Origin: Bryobacterales bacterium
Lineage (GTDB): Bacteria > Acidobacteriota > Terriglobia > Bryobacterales > UBA6623
Assembly: GCA_963422375.2 (NCBI GenBank)
Contig: OY729428.2
Coordinates: 832,001-896,000, forward strand
Direction: 5' to 3'
DNA: 64,000 nt
The notes below the pieces were generated by a model. It searched no databases, was not told the origin of the DNA, and saw nothing but the letters and a program-made list of their open reading frames with translations. Both the position numbers and the translations under genes were made by a program. Below, piece by piece: positions 12,060-22,505 of this stretch. Every line of letters begins with the position of its first letter. The stretch's first letter is position 1.

Positions 12060-13223
12060 TTGACGGGCATGAAGGATCATGCGGCTGAGCGCGAGGGCAA
12101 GGCCCGCCGTCCGCTAGGAGCGCGGCGCCCGGCGGCGGATCCTTCCAAGGAGCAGCCCGGGGCAGCGGGCCCGAACGCGGCTCCCAAGCGCGGTCGCATC
12201 GACCTCGAGCAATTCGTCGTCTTCAACCAGCAGTTCCTCGCGCTCATCCGGGCGGGCATGCCCATCCCGCAGTCGCTCGAGCTCCTCGCCGACAACGCCA
12301 GGAGCAAGGCGCTGGCAGGACACGTCGGAGCGGTCCGGGACGACGTACGCGTCGGCGTCACGCTGTCCGAGGCCTTCGCCAAGCGCAGCGTTTTCCCCCC
12401 GATCTACGTCACCTCGCTCCTGGCAGGCGAGCGATCGGGATCGCTGGACGAAGTGCTGGACCGCTTCGTCACCTACCAGAAGGTGACTCTCGCCATCCGG
12501 AAGAAGCTGCTGGTCTCCCTGATATACCCGACCGTTCTGGTCATCCTCGTGGCGGTTCTGGTTGTCTTCCTAGTCACCTACGTGGTGCCGGAATTCTCGC
12601 AACTGTACGACACGATGGACGCCGCCCTGCCGGTCTCGACGCAGGCCCTGGTCGCGGTCGGCGAAGCGTCCCGCGCCAACGCCGCGCTGCTGCTCGCCTG
12701 CGCGGCCGCCCTAGCGGCCGCGGCCGGCTGGGCGTGGCGGCTCGAATCGACACGTTCGGCGCTAGAGCGCCTGGCCCTGCGCTCCCCGCTGGTCGGGCCG
12801 CTGTGGATACGGTACCAAGTGGCGCAGCTGGCGCGACTGCTGAGCACGCTGCTGACCGGCGGCATCCCGCTGGTGCCGGCGCTCGAGACATCCGGCGAGT
12901 CGATGGGTTCCGGGCTGCTGCGAAGCCATCTCGCGGCCGTGCGGGATCGCGTTCGCGAGGGCCGCGCGCTGGCCGCCAGCATGCTCGGTACGGGCATCTT
13001 CCCCGGCCTGGCGATCGAGATGGTGCGCGTCGGCGAAACCACGGGAGCCCTGCCCCAGATGCTCAACTCCGTCGCGGAGTTCTTCGACGAGGAGGTCCAG
13101 ACGAAGACGGCCGCCCTGCTGAACCTAGTCGAACCGGCGATCATGATTGGCATGGGCGTCTTCGTCGCGTTCGTGCTGATCTCGCTCTACCTGCCTATCT
13201 TCAGCCTCGCAGGCCAGTTCTAG
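12060..13223 (+). CDS. pilC: Type II secretion/type IV pilus platform protein (GspF/PilC)
   Basis: AGERSGSLDEVL, LIYP, VVPEF, VGETTGAL..ML, LVEP, LYLPIF. Confidence 0.9.
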   Translation: MTGMKDHAAEREGKARRPLGARRPAADPSKEQPGAAGPNAAPKRGRIDLEQFVVFNQQFLALIRAGMPIPQSLELLADNARSKALAGHVGAVRDDVRVGVTLSEAFAKRSVFPPIYVTSLLAGERSGSLDEVLDRFVTYQKVTLAIRKKLLVSLIYPTVLVILVAVLVVFLVTYVVPEFSQLYDTMDAALPVSTQALVAVGEASRANAALLLACAAALAAAAGWAWRLESTRSALERLALRSPLVGPLWIRYQVAQLARLLSTLLTGGIPLVPALETSGESMGSGLLRSHLAAVRDRVREGRALAASMLGTGIFPGLAIEMVRVGETTGALPQMLNSVAEFFDEEVQTKTAALLNLVEPAIMIGMGVFVAFVLISLYLPIFSLAGQF

Positions 13224-13260
13224 GCGCAAGCCCCGGGGAGAGCCGCCGAGCTCCCGCAAG

Positions 13261-14877
13261 ATGCCCGTCCCCCAAGCCAGCACCGACCTAGCGCAGGAGC
13301 CGGCCGAGCGCGACGCCCGTCAGCTGGCTGCGCGCTACCGCTATCCGTTCGTGGATCTCGATTCCGCGCACATCGACAGCGAGCTGTTCCGCTCGATCCC
13401 CGTCGAGCTCATGTTCCGGCACAACTTCGTGCCGATCACCGAGAGCGACGGGTCGCTGGAGATCGCGATCGCCGACCCGAGCCGCCTCCTCGAACTGGAC
13501 GAGATCGCCTCCCTGCTGGGCAAGAAGCTGCGGATCTCGATCGCGACCCTGACCCAAATCAGCGACATCCTCAACAAGACCGAGCAGTCGCAGCGCGTGC
13601 TGGAGGAGGTCACCGAGGAGTTCGCCCTCGAGCTCGGCCAGTCCGAGGCCTTGGAGGAGACGCTCTCGATCGACAGGCTCGCCCAGGACAGCGACATCGC
13701 GCCGGTCATCAAGCTGATCGACACGACCATTTTCAACGCCTTGGAGCGGAGGGCCAGCGACATCCATATCGAGACCCGCAACGCCGACGTGGCGATCAAG
13801 TACCGCATCGACGGGGCCCTGCACTTCGCCATGCCCCCGATAGCGAAGGACTGGCACGAGACGATCCTGTCCCGCATCAAGGTGATGAGCGAGCTAGACA
13901 TCGCCGAGCGGCGCGTCCCCCAGGACGGGCGCTTCCGCGTTCGCTACAAGGGTCGCCAGATCGATTTCCGCGTCTCGATCATGCCCACCGTCTTCGGCGA
14001 GGACGCCGTCCTGCGCATCCTAGACAAGCAGTCGATGGGCGAGAAGTTCAAGAAGCTGTCACTGGACGTCGTCGGCTTCAGCGGAGACGACCAGCGCCGC
14101 TTCGCGCACTACATCCGCGAGCCGTACGGCATGGTTCTCGTGACCGGCCCGACGGGCTCCGGCAAGACGACCACGCTTTACGCGGCGCTGAGCGAGATCC
14201 AGAGCGACGAGGACAAGATCGTCACGATCGAGGATCCCGTGGAGTACCAGCTCCACGGCATCACGCAGATTCCGATCAACGAGAAGAAGGGCCTGACGTT
14301 CGCGCGCGGCCTGCGGTCCATCCTGCGCCACGACCCCGACAAGATCATGGTGGGCGAGATCCGCGACCCGGAGACGGCGCAGATCGCCATCCAGTCCGCG
14401 CTCACCGGCCACCTCGTCTTCACCACCGTCCATGCCAACAACGTCGTCGACGTGCTGGGCCGCTTCCTCAACATGGGCGTGGAGGCCTACAACTTCGTCT
14501 CGGCGCTGAACTGCATCCTGGCACAGCGGCTCGTCCGCGTGATCTGCCCGCACTGCCGCGTGCGCCGCCGATATCCGGGCGAGAGACTCCGCGAGTCCAA
14601 CCTCCCGGCGAGCGAGTGGGCGCGCTTCGAGTTCAACGAGGGCGAGGGCTGCATCGAGTGCTCCGGCACCGGGTTTCGCGGGCGGACGGCAATCCACGAG
14701 CTGCTCGACATGTCGGATCGCATCCGGGAGCTGATCCTAGCGAAGCGGCCCAGTTCGGAGATCGCGCGCGCGGCCCGCGAGGAGGGCATGCGGACGCTGC
14801 GGGAGTCAGCCGTCGAGCGAGTCCGGGTCGGCGTGACGACGCTGCGCGAGATCGACAAGGTGACATTCATCGACTGA
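13261..14877 (+). CDS. pilB: GspE/PilB assembly ATPase
   Basis: RASDIHIE, ERRVPQDGR, GPTGSGKTTT, TIEDPVE, LRHDPD..MVGEIRD, CPHC..CIEC zinc motif. Confidence 0.95.
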   Translation: MPVPQASTDLAQEPAERDARQLAARYRYPFVDLDSAHIDSELFRSIPVELMFRHNFVPITESDGSLEIAIADPSRLLELDEIASLLGKKLRISIATLTQISDILNKTEQSQRVLEEVTEEFALELGQSEALEETLSIDRLAQDSDIAPVIKLIDTTIFNALERRASDIHIETRNADVAIKYRIDGALHFAMPPIAKDWHETILSRIKVMSELDIAERRVPQDGRFRVRYKGRQIDFRVSIMPTVFGEDAVLRILDKQSMGEKFKKLSLDVVGFSGDDQRRFAHYIREPYGMVLVTGPTGSGKTTTLYAALSEIQSDEDKIVTIEDPVEYQLHGITQIPINEKKGLTFARGLRSILRHDPDKIMVGEIRDPETAQIAIQSALTGHLVFTTVHANNVVDVLGRFLNMGVEAYNFVSALNCILAQRLVRVICPHCRVRRRYPGERLRESNLPASEWARFEFNEGEGCIECSGTGFRGRTAIHELLDMSDRIRELILAKRPSSEIARAAREEGMRTLRESAVERVRVGVTTLREIDKVTFID

Positions 14878-14879
14878 CC

Positions 14880-15764
14880 ATGGGGTTCCTGCTTCAAGCG
14901 CTCGACCGGCTGCTCCCCGACCCGCCGCCGCCCCTCGTGTTCGAGATCGGCGACGGCTCCCTGGTCGGAGCGCGCCGCGCCGGGCCGACCGTGCAGGCCT
15001 GCGCGGAGCGAACGCTCCCGGACCCCGGCCGGGAGGATGCGGACGGCGGCGCGGGCGACTCCCTGCGCGCAGCCCTCGAAGAGATCCTGCGGGAGATCGA
15101 GCCGCTGCCGAGCGCTCGCGCGGCGGTCCTTCTGCCGGACAGCGAGACGCGCCTGGCCGTGTTCGACTTCGACAGGCTGCCCCGGCGTGGCAGCGATCTG
15201 CGCCGCTCGGTCCGCGAGCGATTCAGCAATAGCCTGCCGTTCAAGGCCCGCGTGGCCTACCGGATCCAGCTCGGCACGGGCCGTCCGTCCGTGCTCGCGA
15301 CGGCCGCCCCTGCGTCCTACGTCCGTCTGTGCGAGTCAGCGTTCGAGAGCGCCGGCATCCTGCCAGGCCATGTCGGGCTGTCGACCGAGGCCGCCCTGAA
15401 CCTCCTCGAGCCTGACAGGATGACGCTGCTGGTCAAGCGCGGAGGGGCGGTCCTGACCATGGCCGCGGCGGACGGCGGGGCGGTGCGGCTGGTGCGCCGG
15501 ATCGCGGTCGCCAGCGCTGACGCGGCCGACCCCGGCAGCGCGCTGCGCGAACTCCTGCCCGACCTTTTTCCGACACTCGTTTACATTGAGGAGAACTTGG
15601 GCCAGTCCGTGTCCAAGGTGCTGGCGACCGGCTTCGGCGACGCGCTGGGGCCCGTAGTCGAGAGCCTGCGCTCGGAACTTCAGTGCGAGGTTGGCGGCCT
15701 GCTCGATCGAGAAACCGCGGACCCGGCGCTCCCGGCGGGGCTCCTAGGGTTCATGCGTGTCTAG
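14880..15764 (+). CDS. PilM-like type IV pilus assembly protein
   Basis: Position after pilB; actin-like pattern (LVFEIG...AAVLLPD...SLPF); ATG 14880. Confidence 0.65.
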   Translation: MGFLLQALDRLLPDPPPPLVFEIGDGSLVGARRAGPTVQACAERTLPDPGREDADGGAGDSLRAALEEILREIEPLPSARAAVLLPDSETRLAVFDFDRLPRRGSDLRRSVRERFSNSLPFKARVAYRIQLGTGRPSVLATAAPASYVRLCESAFESAGILPGHVGLSTEAALNLLEPDRMTLLVKRGGAVLTMAAADGGAVRLVRRIAVASADAADPGSALRELLPDLFPTLVYIEENLGQSVSKVLATGFGDALGPVVESLRSELQCEVGGLLDRETADPALPAGLLGFMRV

Positions 15765-16374
15765 GATTTCGCAGCTCGCAGCGAAGGCGAGGGGCCGGGC
15801 GCGCCGGGCCGTCCCCGCGCTGAACCTGGCGACGAACCCCGCCGGGGGGTACCGGGCGTTCTTCCTGCTCGCCGGCCTGACGGCGGTGGCGCTGCTGCTC
15901 GCGACGGCCCTGCTGGCAGCCCGGTTCCTAAGCTCGGAGGGGCCGCCCGAGGAACTCGCCGAGCGCGAGCGGCAGCTGCTGGCCCGGCAGCGGGATCTCG
16001 CCCGGCGCGCCTCCGAGGCGACCGCCACGGTTCAGGGCGAGCGGGCCGCGACGATTCTCGATCAGACCGCCTTCCTCAACGAGCTGCTCGTCCGCAAGGG
16101 GGTCTCGTGGACCCACACCTTCCTGGATCTGGAACGCGTGCTCCCGCCCAGCGTGCGCGTGCTGACTATCGAGCCGCGAGTGGCGTCCAGCGACACCATC
16201 CTCCTCGACATGGCGGTCAGCGCCAAGGCCCCGGCGGATTTCATCGAATTCCTCAAGGCGCTCGAGGGATCGATCCTATTCGGATCGCCCGCCCTGCGCG
16301 GCAGCGCCCCTCCCAGCGAAGGCGACCCGACGTTTCGCTACCAGCTCGCGGTGGAATATGACCAGCAGCTCTGA
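15757..16374 (+). CDS. PilN-like protein
   Basis: LNLATNP, single TM, coiled coil, SWT..LDLERVLPPSVRV; overlaps upstream gene. Confidence 0.75.
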   Translation: MSRISQLAAKARGRARRAVPALNLATNPAGGYRAFFLLAGLTAVALLLATALLAARFLSSEGPPEELAERERQLLARQRDLARRASEATATVQGERAATILDQTAFLNELLVRKGVSWTHTFLDLERVLPPSVRVLTIEPRVASSDTILLDMAVSAKAPADFIEFLKALEGSILFGSPALRGSAPPSEGDPTFRYQLAVEYDQQL

Positions 16375-16960
16375 GAACGACTCGCGGAGGCGCGGACCTC
16401 TACCGTGGTCGCGGCGCTTCCCGCCCCGAACGGTGCTGGCCGCGCTGGGCGCGTTGGCGCTGTGCGACGCGGCGTTCCTGCTGCTCGCCGTGCGCCCAGC
16501 GGCGCTCGAGGAACGCGAGAGGCTGGCCCGCAACTCACGGCTCGCCGCGCAGGTGGAGCAGACCCGCCGGCGCGTCGAGTCGATCCAAGCGGCGGCGGAC
16601 CGAATCGCCGCGGCCGAGACCGAGGGCAAGTCTCTGGTGCAGGGAATCGCGCTCCCTCGACGGAGCGCGTTCTCGGCCCTGCTAACGGAACTCGCCGACG
16701 CTTCCGAGGAGGCGGGCATCGAGGTGCGCGAGACCAGCTACTCGGTCGAGCCGATCGAGGGCAGCGAGGACTACGGCATCCTCGCCGTCAACGCCAACTT
16801 CCGGGGCGGGTACGACAGCCTAGTGCAGTTCCTGTACCGGCTCGACCGGTCGGAACTGTTCTTCATCATCGGCTCGCTCGGGGCGACGCCGCGAGACGAG
16901 GGAGTCTCGCGGGAGCTGCAGATCAACATGCGGTTCGACACGCTCGTGCGAGGCATGTAG
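16358..16960 (+). CDS. PilO-like protein
   Basis: TM + coiled coil + GGYDSLVQFLYRLDRS motif; operon order M-N-O. Confidence 0.75.
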   Translation: MTSSSENDSRRRGPLPWSRRFPPRTVLAALGALALCDAAFLLLAVRPAALEERERLARNSRLAAQVEQTRRRVESIQAAADRIAAAETEGKSLVQGIALPRRSAFSALLTELADASEEAGIEVRETSYSVEPIEGSEDYGILAVNANFRGGYDSLVQFLYRLDRSELFFIIGSLGATPRDEGVSRELQINMRFDTLVRGM

Positions 16961-16969
16961 GCGCGGACG

Positions 16970-17671
16970 ATGGAACTGGGGGCGAACAGGAAGTCGCTGC
17001 AGCAGTTAGGGGCCGCCCTGGCGGTGCTGGCGCTGGTGGTCTACTTCCAGTTCTTCCGCGCTACCGCCCCCCCCGAGGCGCCGCTGCGCCCCCAGCCGCG
17101 CTCGCCGCTCGCGAGTTCGCCCGTGGCGACCGAGCCCGAGCCCCGGCAGTCGAGCGCAACAGGGCGGGCCAGTGGTCGGTTCCGGCCTCGGCTGGGGCGC
17201 TCGAGGCACGACGAGGCAACGGATCCGATGTCCGCCGACGCCGTGCTGCGCAAGCACCTGCTCGAGCGGGTGCGCGGCATCGGGGAGCCGACCGTCGACC
17301 GCGATATCTTCAACTTCGGCCGACCGCCAAGGCCTCCGGTCAGCCCGCCCACCCCGGACGAGACGGAGCTAGCGCAAGCGCGCTTCGAAGCGGAGATGCA
17401 GGCACGCGACCGAGAGCGGCCTACCCCGCCGCCGAGGAAGTCGCCGCCGGGCGCACGTCCGCCGCAATGGAAGTACTACGGCGTCGCGAGCGTCCCCGAC
17501 TCGGATAGCCAGCGAGCGTTCCTGCTGGCCGGCGAGGAGATACTCGTCGCCTCCGAGGGCTCCCTGCTCGAAGAGCGGTACCGCATCGGGCGAATCGGCC
17601 TCGAGTCGATCTCGTTCGTGGACGAACAGGCCGACCAGGAGTTCTCGATCCCCTTGGAGGTGCCGCGATGA
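16970..17671 (+). CDS. PilP/GspC-like membrane-anchored protein
   Basis: N-terminal TM, Pro-rich linker, RDIFNFG, KYYG..RAFL..GEEI..EG..YRI beta domain. Confidence 0.6.
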   Translation: MELGANRKSLQQLGAALAVLALVVYFQFFRATAPPEAPLRPQPRSPLASSPVATEPEPRQSSATGRASGRFRPRLGRSRHDEATDPMSADAVLRKHLLERVRGIGEPTVDRDIFNFGRPPRPPVSPPTPDETELAQARFEAEMQARDRERPTPPPRKSPPGARPPQWKYYGVASVPDSDSQRAFLLAGEEILVASEGSLLEERYRIGRIGLESISFVDEQADQEFSIPLEVPR

Positions 17672-18891
17672 GGGGCGCGGTTTCGCGGCGCCGGTCGGGC
17701 CGGGAGGGCTACGCGCTGTTGGCCCTGCTGGCGGCGGCGGCAATCCTGCTGGCCGGTCTCGCCCTGAGCCTGCCGCGGTTGGCGATGCAGTCCCAGCGGG
17801 TCAAGGACGAGCGCCTGATCGAACGGGGCGAGGAGTACATGCGGGCGATCAAGCACTACTACAGGAAGCATGGCAAGTACCCGCGGGATCTCGACGACTT
17901 GGAGGAGACCGACGGAGTCCGGTATCTGCGCAGGCGCTTCGCGGACCCGATGAGCGTTTCGGGCGAATGGCGTCTCATCCACATGGGGACCGACGGGCGG
18001 TTCGAGGACTCGCTGATCTACGACCGCGGCAGAAGGCGGCCGGTGCTGGACGGCGGATTGCTGGGAGCCCCCGAGGGAGACCGCGATCCCGGGAACCCGG
18101 ACGCGACGGGCTCGCCCCTGACGGCCCCGACCAATCCCTTCGCGCCCGACTCCGGGCAATTCGTCGACCCGCGGATGCCACCTGAGCCGGAGCCGCTCGG
18201 CGGGCCGGGACGGGCTCGCGTCGCTCGCCAGTCCGCAGCTCCCGACCTTGCGACCAGGGGCCGCTACAACCAAGGGTTCGAATTCGACTCGGCTGAGCCA
18301 GCGGATGCCGAGACATCCGACGGCAACAGCGAGGACGGCCGACTGGGTTACGGCGGCATCCTGCCGGGCCCGGCCCCAATGGTCGACTTCGACCCCCGTC
18401 GGTTGAATCCAGGAGAGAGCCCAGGCCGGATCCCGCCTAGCGCGGCGCCTCCCGGGCCGGTCCGAGGTTTTCCGGGCGGGCCGCCGGGGTTTGGGTCGCG
18501 CCCGGGCAGTCGCCGCCAAGGCACCGGCGGCGCGAACCCGCCGGGTGTCGCCGGCCCGCTCGGCCAGCGGGCCGGCCAGGGCGCCGCGGGGCTCATCAAC
18601 CAAATCCTCACCAACCCGAGAGCGGGAGGCCTCAGCGGGGGGGCAGCCGGACAGGCTATTGCCAGGAGCGGTCCGGTGTTCGAGCGGGGCATCGCCGGCG
18701 TCGCCAGCACGAGCGAGGAAGTCGGCGTGAAGGTCTACAAGAGCAAGGAATCTTACGCCGAGTGGGAATTCGTCTACGACTACCGCAAGGATGCCAAGAC
18801 GGAGGGCGGCGCGCAGCCGGCAACGTCCCCTATGCGTTCGACCCAGAGCCCGCGAGCAGGCCCACCACTCGGGGGCTTGACAAGACGCTAG
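17668..18891 (+). CDS. Prepilin/pseudopilin-like protein with Gly/Pro-rich insertion
   Basis: Class III signal RRRSGREG|YALL, E.LIERG..Y.RAI..YYRK.G.YP, RYLRR.F.DPM, IAGVAS, Y.EWEFVYD. Confidence 0.8.
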   Translation: MRGAVSRRRSGREGYALLALLAAAAILLAGLALSLPRLAMQSQRVKDERLIERGEEYMRAIKHYYRKHGKYPRDLDDLEETDGVRYLRRRFADPMSVSGEWRLIHMGTDGRFEDSLIYDRGRRRPVLDGGLLGAPEGDRDPGNPDATGSPLTAPTNPFAPDSGQFVDPRMPPEPEPLGGPGRARVARQSAAPDLATRGRYNQGFEFDSAEPADAETSDGNSEDGRLGYGGILPGPAPMVDFDPRRLNPGESPGRIPPSAAPPGPVRGFPGGPPGFGSRPGSRRQGTGGANPPGVAGPLGQRAGQGAAGLINQILTNPRAGGLSGGAAGQAIARSGPVFERGIAGVASTSEEVGVKVYKSKESYAEWEFVYDYRKDAKTEGGAQPATSPMRSTQSPRAGPPLGGLTRR

Positions 18892-19162
18892 GCCGGGCTC
18901 GGCGGCCGCACCCGACCAGCCGACTGCGGCCTCGATCGCTCGCGCGGGCAAGGTCGGTCGAGCGAAGCAGTCCCGACGAATCTGATGCGCCGTCCAAGGC
19001 CTTGGGGTCGCAGACATTGCGGTCATTCCCGGAGCCTTGCATGACTACGGTGTAGGTTCCCAAGCTAATCCGTGAGAATACCACCCTTCTTCACCCGATT
19101 GTTTCGCAGGTCGAATCGCTTCCAAGTGGAATGAGTCGGGCAAGGCCGCACCCGCGGGTGCC

Positions 19163-19445
19163 CGGCTGGAGGCCAGTCGGCGGTCCGGAAGCCTCTACGA
19201 CGACCTCCGTCGCAATGCCGTCTTAGTCGGCCGCGGTCGCCGCGGCGCGCTCCGCGGCACCGAGCTCGCCGGCACCCGGCCCCTGCCCGGCGGGGGCACC
19301 TTCAAGGGTATGCCCCCGGGCTCGCGCCAGGCCTAGGGCGGGTTCCGGCTGGCCACCGGCCGCGGCGAGCCGCGGGCGATCCTGCTCGCGGAAGGCACCG
19401 TCGACACCCTGTCGGCCGCGCAACTGGCGTGCCCGGGCCTAGCAC
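19163..19445 (+). pseudogene. DUF3991/Toprim-domain (primase/relaxase-associated) remnant
   Basis: Manual translation: LYDDLRRNAVLV..GTELAGT..FKGMPPGSRQA*GGF..ILLAEGTVDTLSA; TAG at 19334-19336; absent from ORF track. Confidence 0.65.
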
Positions 19446-19632
19446 CGCTCCGCGGCAACGACCCAGCCCGGCCCGAGCGCCCCGGGCTGCTGCCCTCCTA
19501 ATGCAAGGCACTCCCGCAGCCCTCGGCCCTTCACGGAGACATCACCCCTCTCCATTCCTGCAGTAGCGGATCCAAGTGAGAAAACGCCCTTTTCCGCTGC
19601 AGGAACAATCTAAGAAATTCCGGGCGAATTAA

Positions 19633-19646
19633 TGTGAGATCTCACA
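19633..19646. promoter_or_regulatory. Perfect 14-bp palindrome TGTGAGATCTCACA, possible operator
   Basis: Perfect dyad in a locally AT-rich non-coding stretch. Confidence 0.3.
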
Positions 19647-20324
19647 ACGGCTAGGCAGGGTCTCGACCGGATTATTGACGAACGCTTCGCAGTTCCAAGG
19701 TCTCGTCGTCCGCTCCTCTCGCGGGCCGTCGAATCGGCGCGGAGGGGATCGCTGAGGCGCTGCGAATGAAGCGCCCGGCCAACGCCGGGAGCGGATTTAG
19801 GGGACCGCTCGCCAGTGCCAGTGCCAATCCTAGTGCCAGAGAACGGGCTGGCATTCGCCCGTCGAGTGCCGCGGCATAGTCCCGGTCGCCTGTTGCAGGT
19901 GCGGCTGCTGGCCGCGAGACTCCCTCCGCCACGTATAGAGCACATCAAGCCCCCCGCGAGTCAGCCAGCGATTCGCTCCTTGGGAGTCCTGCCCGAGCAA
20001 CCGCGTCTCCACTGGCGACGGACCGCGCCACCCTCGAAGACTTGCGGGCACCCAGCTTCGCTCTCGGGATCGAGTCGATCACGAGCAACCTAGGACTGCT
20101 CGAAGGGACCTGCGGTCGCAAGCTGAAACCGCGATTCAGCTCGTGAGAGTGCGGCCAAGTCGATGACAAAGCAGATGCACCAGTCGAATGAGTATCGCTA
20201 CCCAGAGTCGCCGAAAGTACATGAGAAATCCGAGTTTTCGATTGCTTGTTCAACCTGTTGTAGTCAGTCGAGAATGGACTATATAATCCATCGGATCGTG
20301 GGGAGATTCTGTCGCTTCTTAGGT

Positions 20325-21152
20325 CTATTTCCAAACGGGTGTTCGGGCACCATTGGCGATCATTTGTTCGGTCGCAATGAGGCTATCGATCCTCTTCCTC
20401 GGTGGCGGATGAGTATGGAAAACTCCAAACAGCCCCTTTCTTTCTCCGGCAATTCCTCGCGCCCTTGAGTTCATCAATCGAAGATGAGACTGCACCGCAG
20501 CGCAGATCTCGTAGCCAGTCTCGTGCAGTATAAACATCCCGAAGTGATCCGAGATTATTTCCATGTTCTTGCTAAAAACAAGATTCCCGACTCCAGACCT
20601 GATATTCGCTCCGAGTTGAACGAGGTCCGGATTTCTAGCTTTGGCACCTACCAGCGCTCCAATAGAAATTCCAGCAAGCATTCCCCATCCTGCGTTGGAC
20701 GATGTCTTTGAAGGATGGCCCAGTACTGCGTGACTGTATTCGTGAGCGAGTACTACAGCGATTGTGTCACCACTCCCGGCGTGAGCAACAAGACCTTCGA
20801 GCAACGTAAGGTTGTATTTCGTGCCGATCTAGGCATTGATCCGCATGTCGTCTAGGCTGACATTGAGCGTGCGATTGTGAAAGCAGGAAAGGCAAGTTTC
20901 TGCATTGCTTAGACTTCGTTGAAAGACACAAACTGCGGCTTGGTTTACGCGCTTTTCAGCCCTAGAAACAACAGTGATCTTCTCGTTTCTAGGTGTCCAT
21001 CTTGACGTAGATATGGATTGTCTCATTCTGTAAGTAGAGGTGTGATGAACACTCGGTCCCATCCGAGAATCCATCATTCTAGTACCTGCACATCCTGCGC
21101 AAATGGAAGACATGAGAGCGAAGCAAATCGCTTGAGAGAGTCTGATTTTCAC
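20325..21152 (-). pseudogene. M48-family metallopeptidase lipoprotein, frameshifted
   Basis: Lipobox-like CAGC, INA, IAVVLAHEYSH (HExxH), FSKNMEIISD, FHTHP; split across frames near 20810-20830; lower GC. Confidence 0.75.
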
Positions 21153-21336
21153 GGTCTCCCTATGCCTGTCGCTAGCTCCAAGCATCCCGGAGTCTTCCCA
21201 CGCGCGATGCCGGAGGCAGGACGACTCCGAAGAAGCGGGACAAGCGCACCAGCTGCAAGCGGGCCCGGCAGGGATCGGCGCGGACTCCCGGCCCGGCAGG
21301 CACACTCCGACGGCAAGGATGGGGGCACCAGCCGAG

Positions 21337-22505
21337 CGCATCCGGCTCAAACACGCGACAGGACGAATGAGACGGCCGACATGCCGCCGATCCCGGAGAT
21401 TCCTCGCGAAAGAGGAAGTTCGGCAGGTCCGGGACTCGCGCCAGTCCCTCGGCGCTGGGAATTCCGAGCTCGCGGCTCCTGCTCTCCATGCCGCGGGACG
21501 CCCGGTGCGAACCTTGTTGCACTCCACGCACCGGACACCGCGCTCGCATCAAACCCACAGGCTTCAGCTCCGGTCGGCTAGGATACCACAGCCGGGTGCT
21601 TGCAAGAAGAGGTGGTGCCTCCACCGCCCGCCTGTACGCACGCCCGGGACGAATACGTCCCGCCCGGTCTGATCCGGCGCGTCGATCCGAGTCCAGAATG
21701 TCCCAACCTAGGATCAGGAGGAGCATGGAGACGTTGCTCGGCAGCGGAATGATGGGCACGCCTAGCGGCGTTCCCTTCCTCTTGTGATTCGCGCGGTTCG
21801 ACCGGTTGCAGTCCACTATGTCGAGACGGTCCCGGCTGACCCGCCGTTGGGGCGGCTCGCCGGCCAAAGGGCGATGAGCATGTTCTCGCGACACGCCTCG
21901 GCGATTTGCAAATAGAACCGCAACTACGGAGCTCCCGTCGCTTGCGCGTGCCAAGCCGTCTCGAGTCTCCGAATGGCTTGCGAAACCATTAGGCCCGCGC
22001 AAGTCTCCGCGGTCCTTTCCCTTTTTCGGTTGGCGCTCGCCCCAAGGTCCCTTTCACTTCCGCCGGTGTTACGCGGCCTCTGCGGTATTACGGGCCCATC
22101 AGCCACCTCGCGGTCCCGGGCTGGCCCTCGCGGTTTCCGATCGGCCCGTGTGCGCCACCGACTGGGCTTCCCGTGTTTCATCTATGCATATCTTCCAAGC
22201 ATGCCACCGCCACCACCCGACTGAGACGACCGATGTTTGTGGCGCTTGCTTCCCGGCCTCTGGCAGCCTTTTTCGAAATTCAGGTGGAGCCGGCCTGCGC
22301 ATTGCCCTCTGCGAGTCCTGCTCGATGTTCACTCGCGTTGCGGCCTGCGTGGTCGCTCAGTCGCCTATCGGCGACCCATTGACCTCGAGATGCTTCAGGC
22401 CCGTTCGTTGCCGCCACGAGCCGCTCCGACCGCATCCGGTGGGGACGACGCTTGGCCGGGCGGGTTTTCGCACCCTCCGGAGCGCAGTGCCTTCGCGCGG
22501 AGCAC
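21337..22505 (-). mobile_element. Degenerate, internally deleted group II intron (ribozyme 5' domains + RT/maturase fragments)
   Basis: 5' end GTGCTCCGCGCGAAGGCACTGCGCTCCGGAGGGTGCGAAAACCC; GGCATG..AACACGGGAAGCCC; GTGGCTGATGGGCCCGTAATACCG..CGTAACACCGGCGGAAGTGAAAGGGACC; IEP pieces IRRLETAWHAQA..LRFYL..NGGSAG and RKGTPLGVPIIPLPSNV..LGW; 3' boundary uncertain. Confidence 0.8.

Noticed and set aside
21337..22505. RT fragments as a retron or DGR next to the RM locus
   Set aside because: The flanking RNA matches group II intron domains; no TR/VR pair with A-specific mismatches or msr/msd was seen, and RM copy differences are not adenine-restricted.
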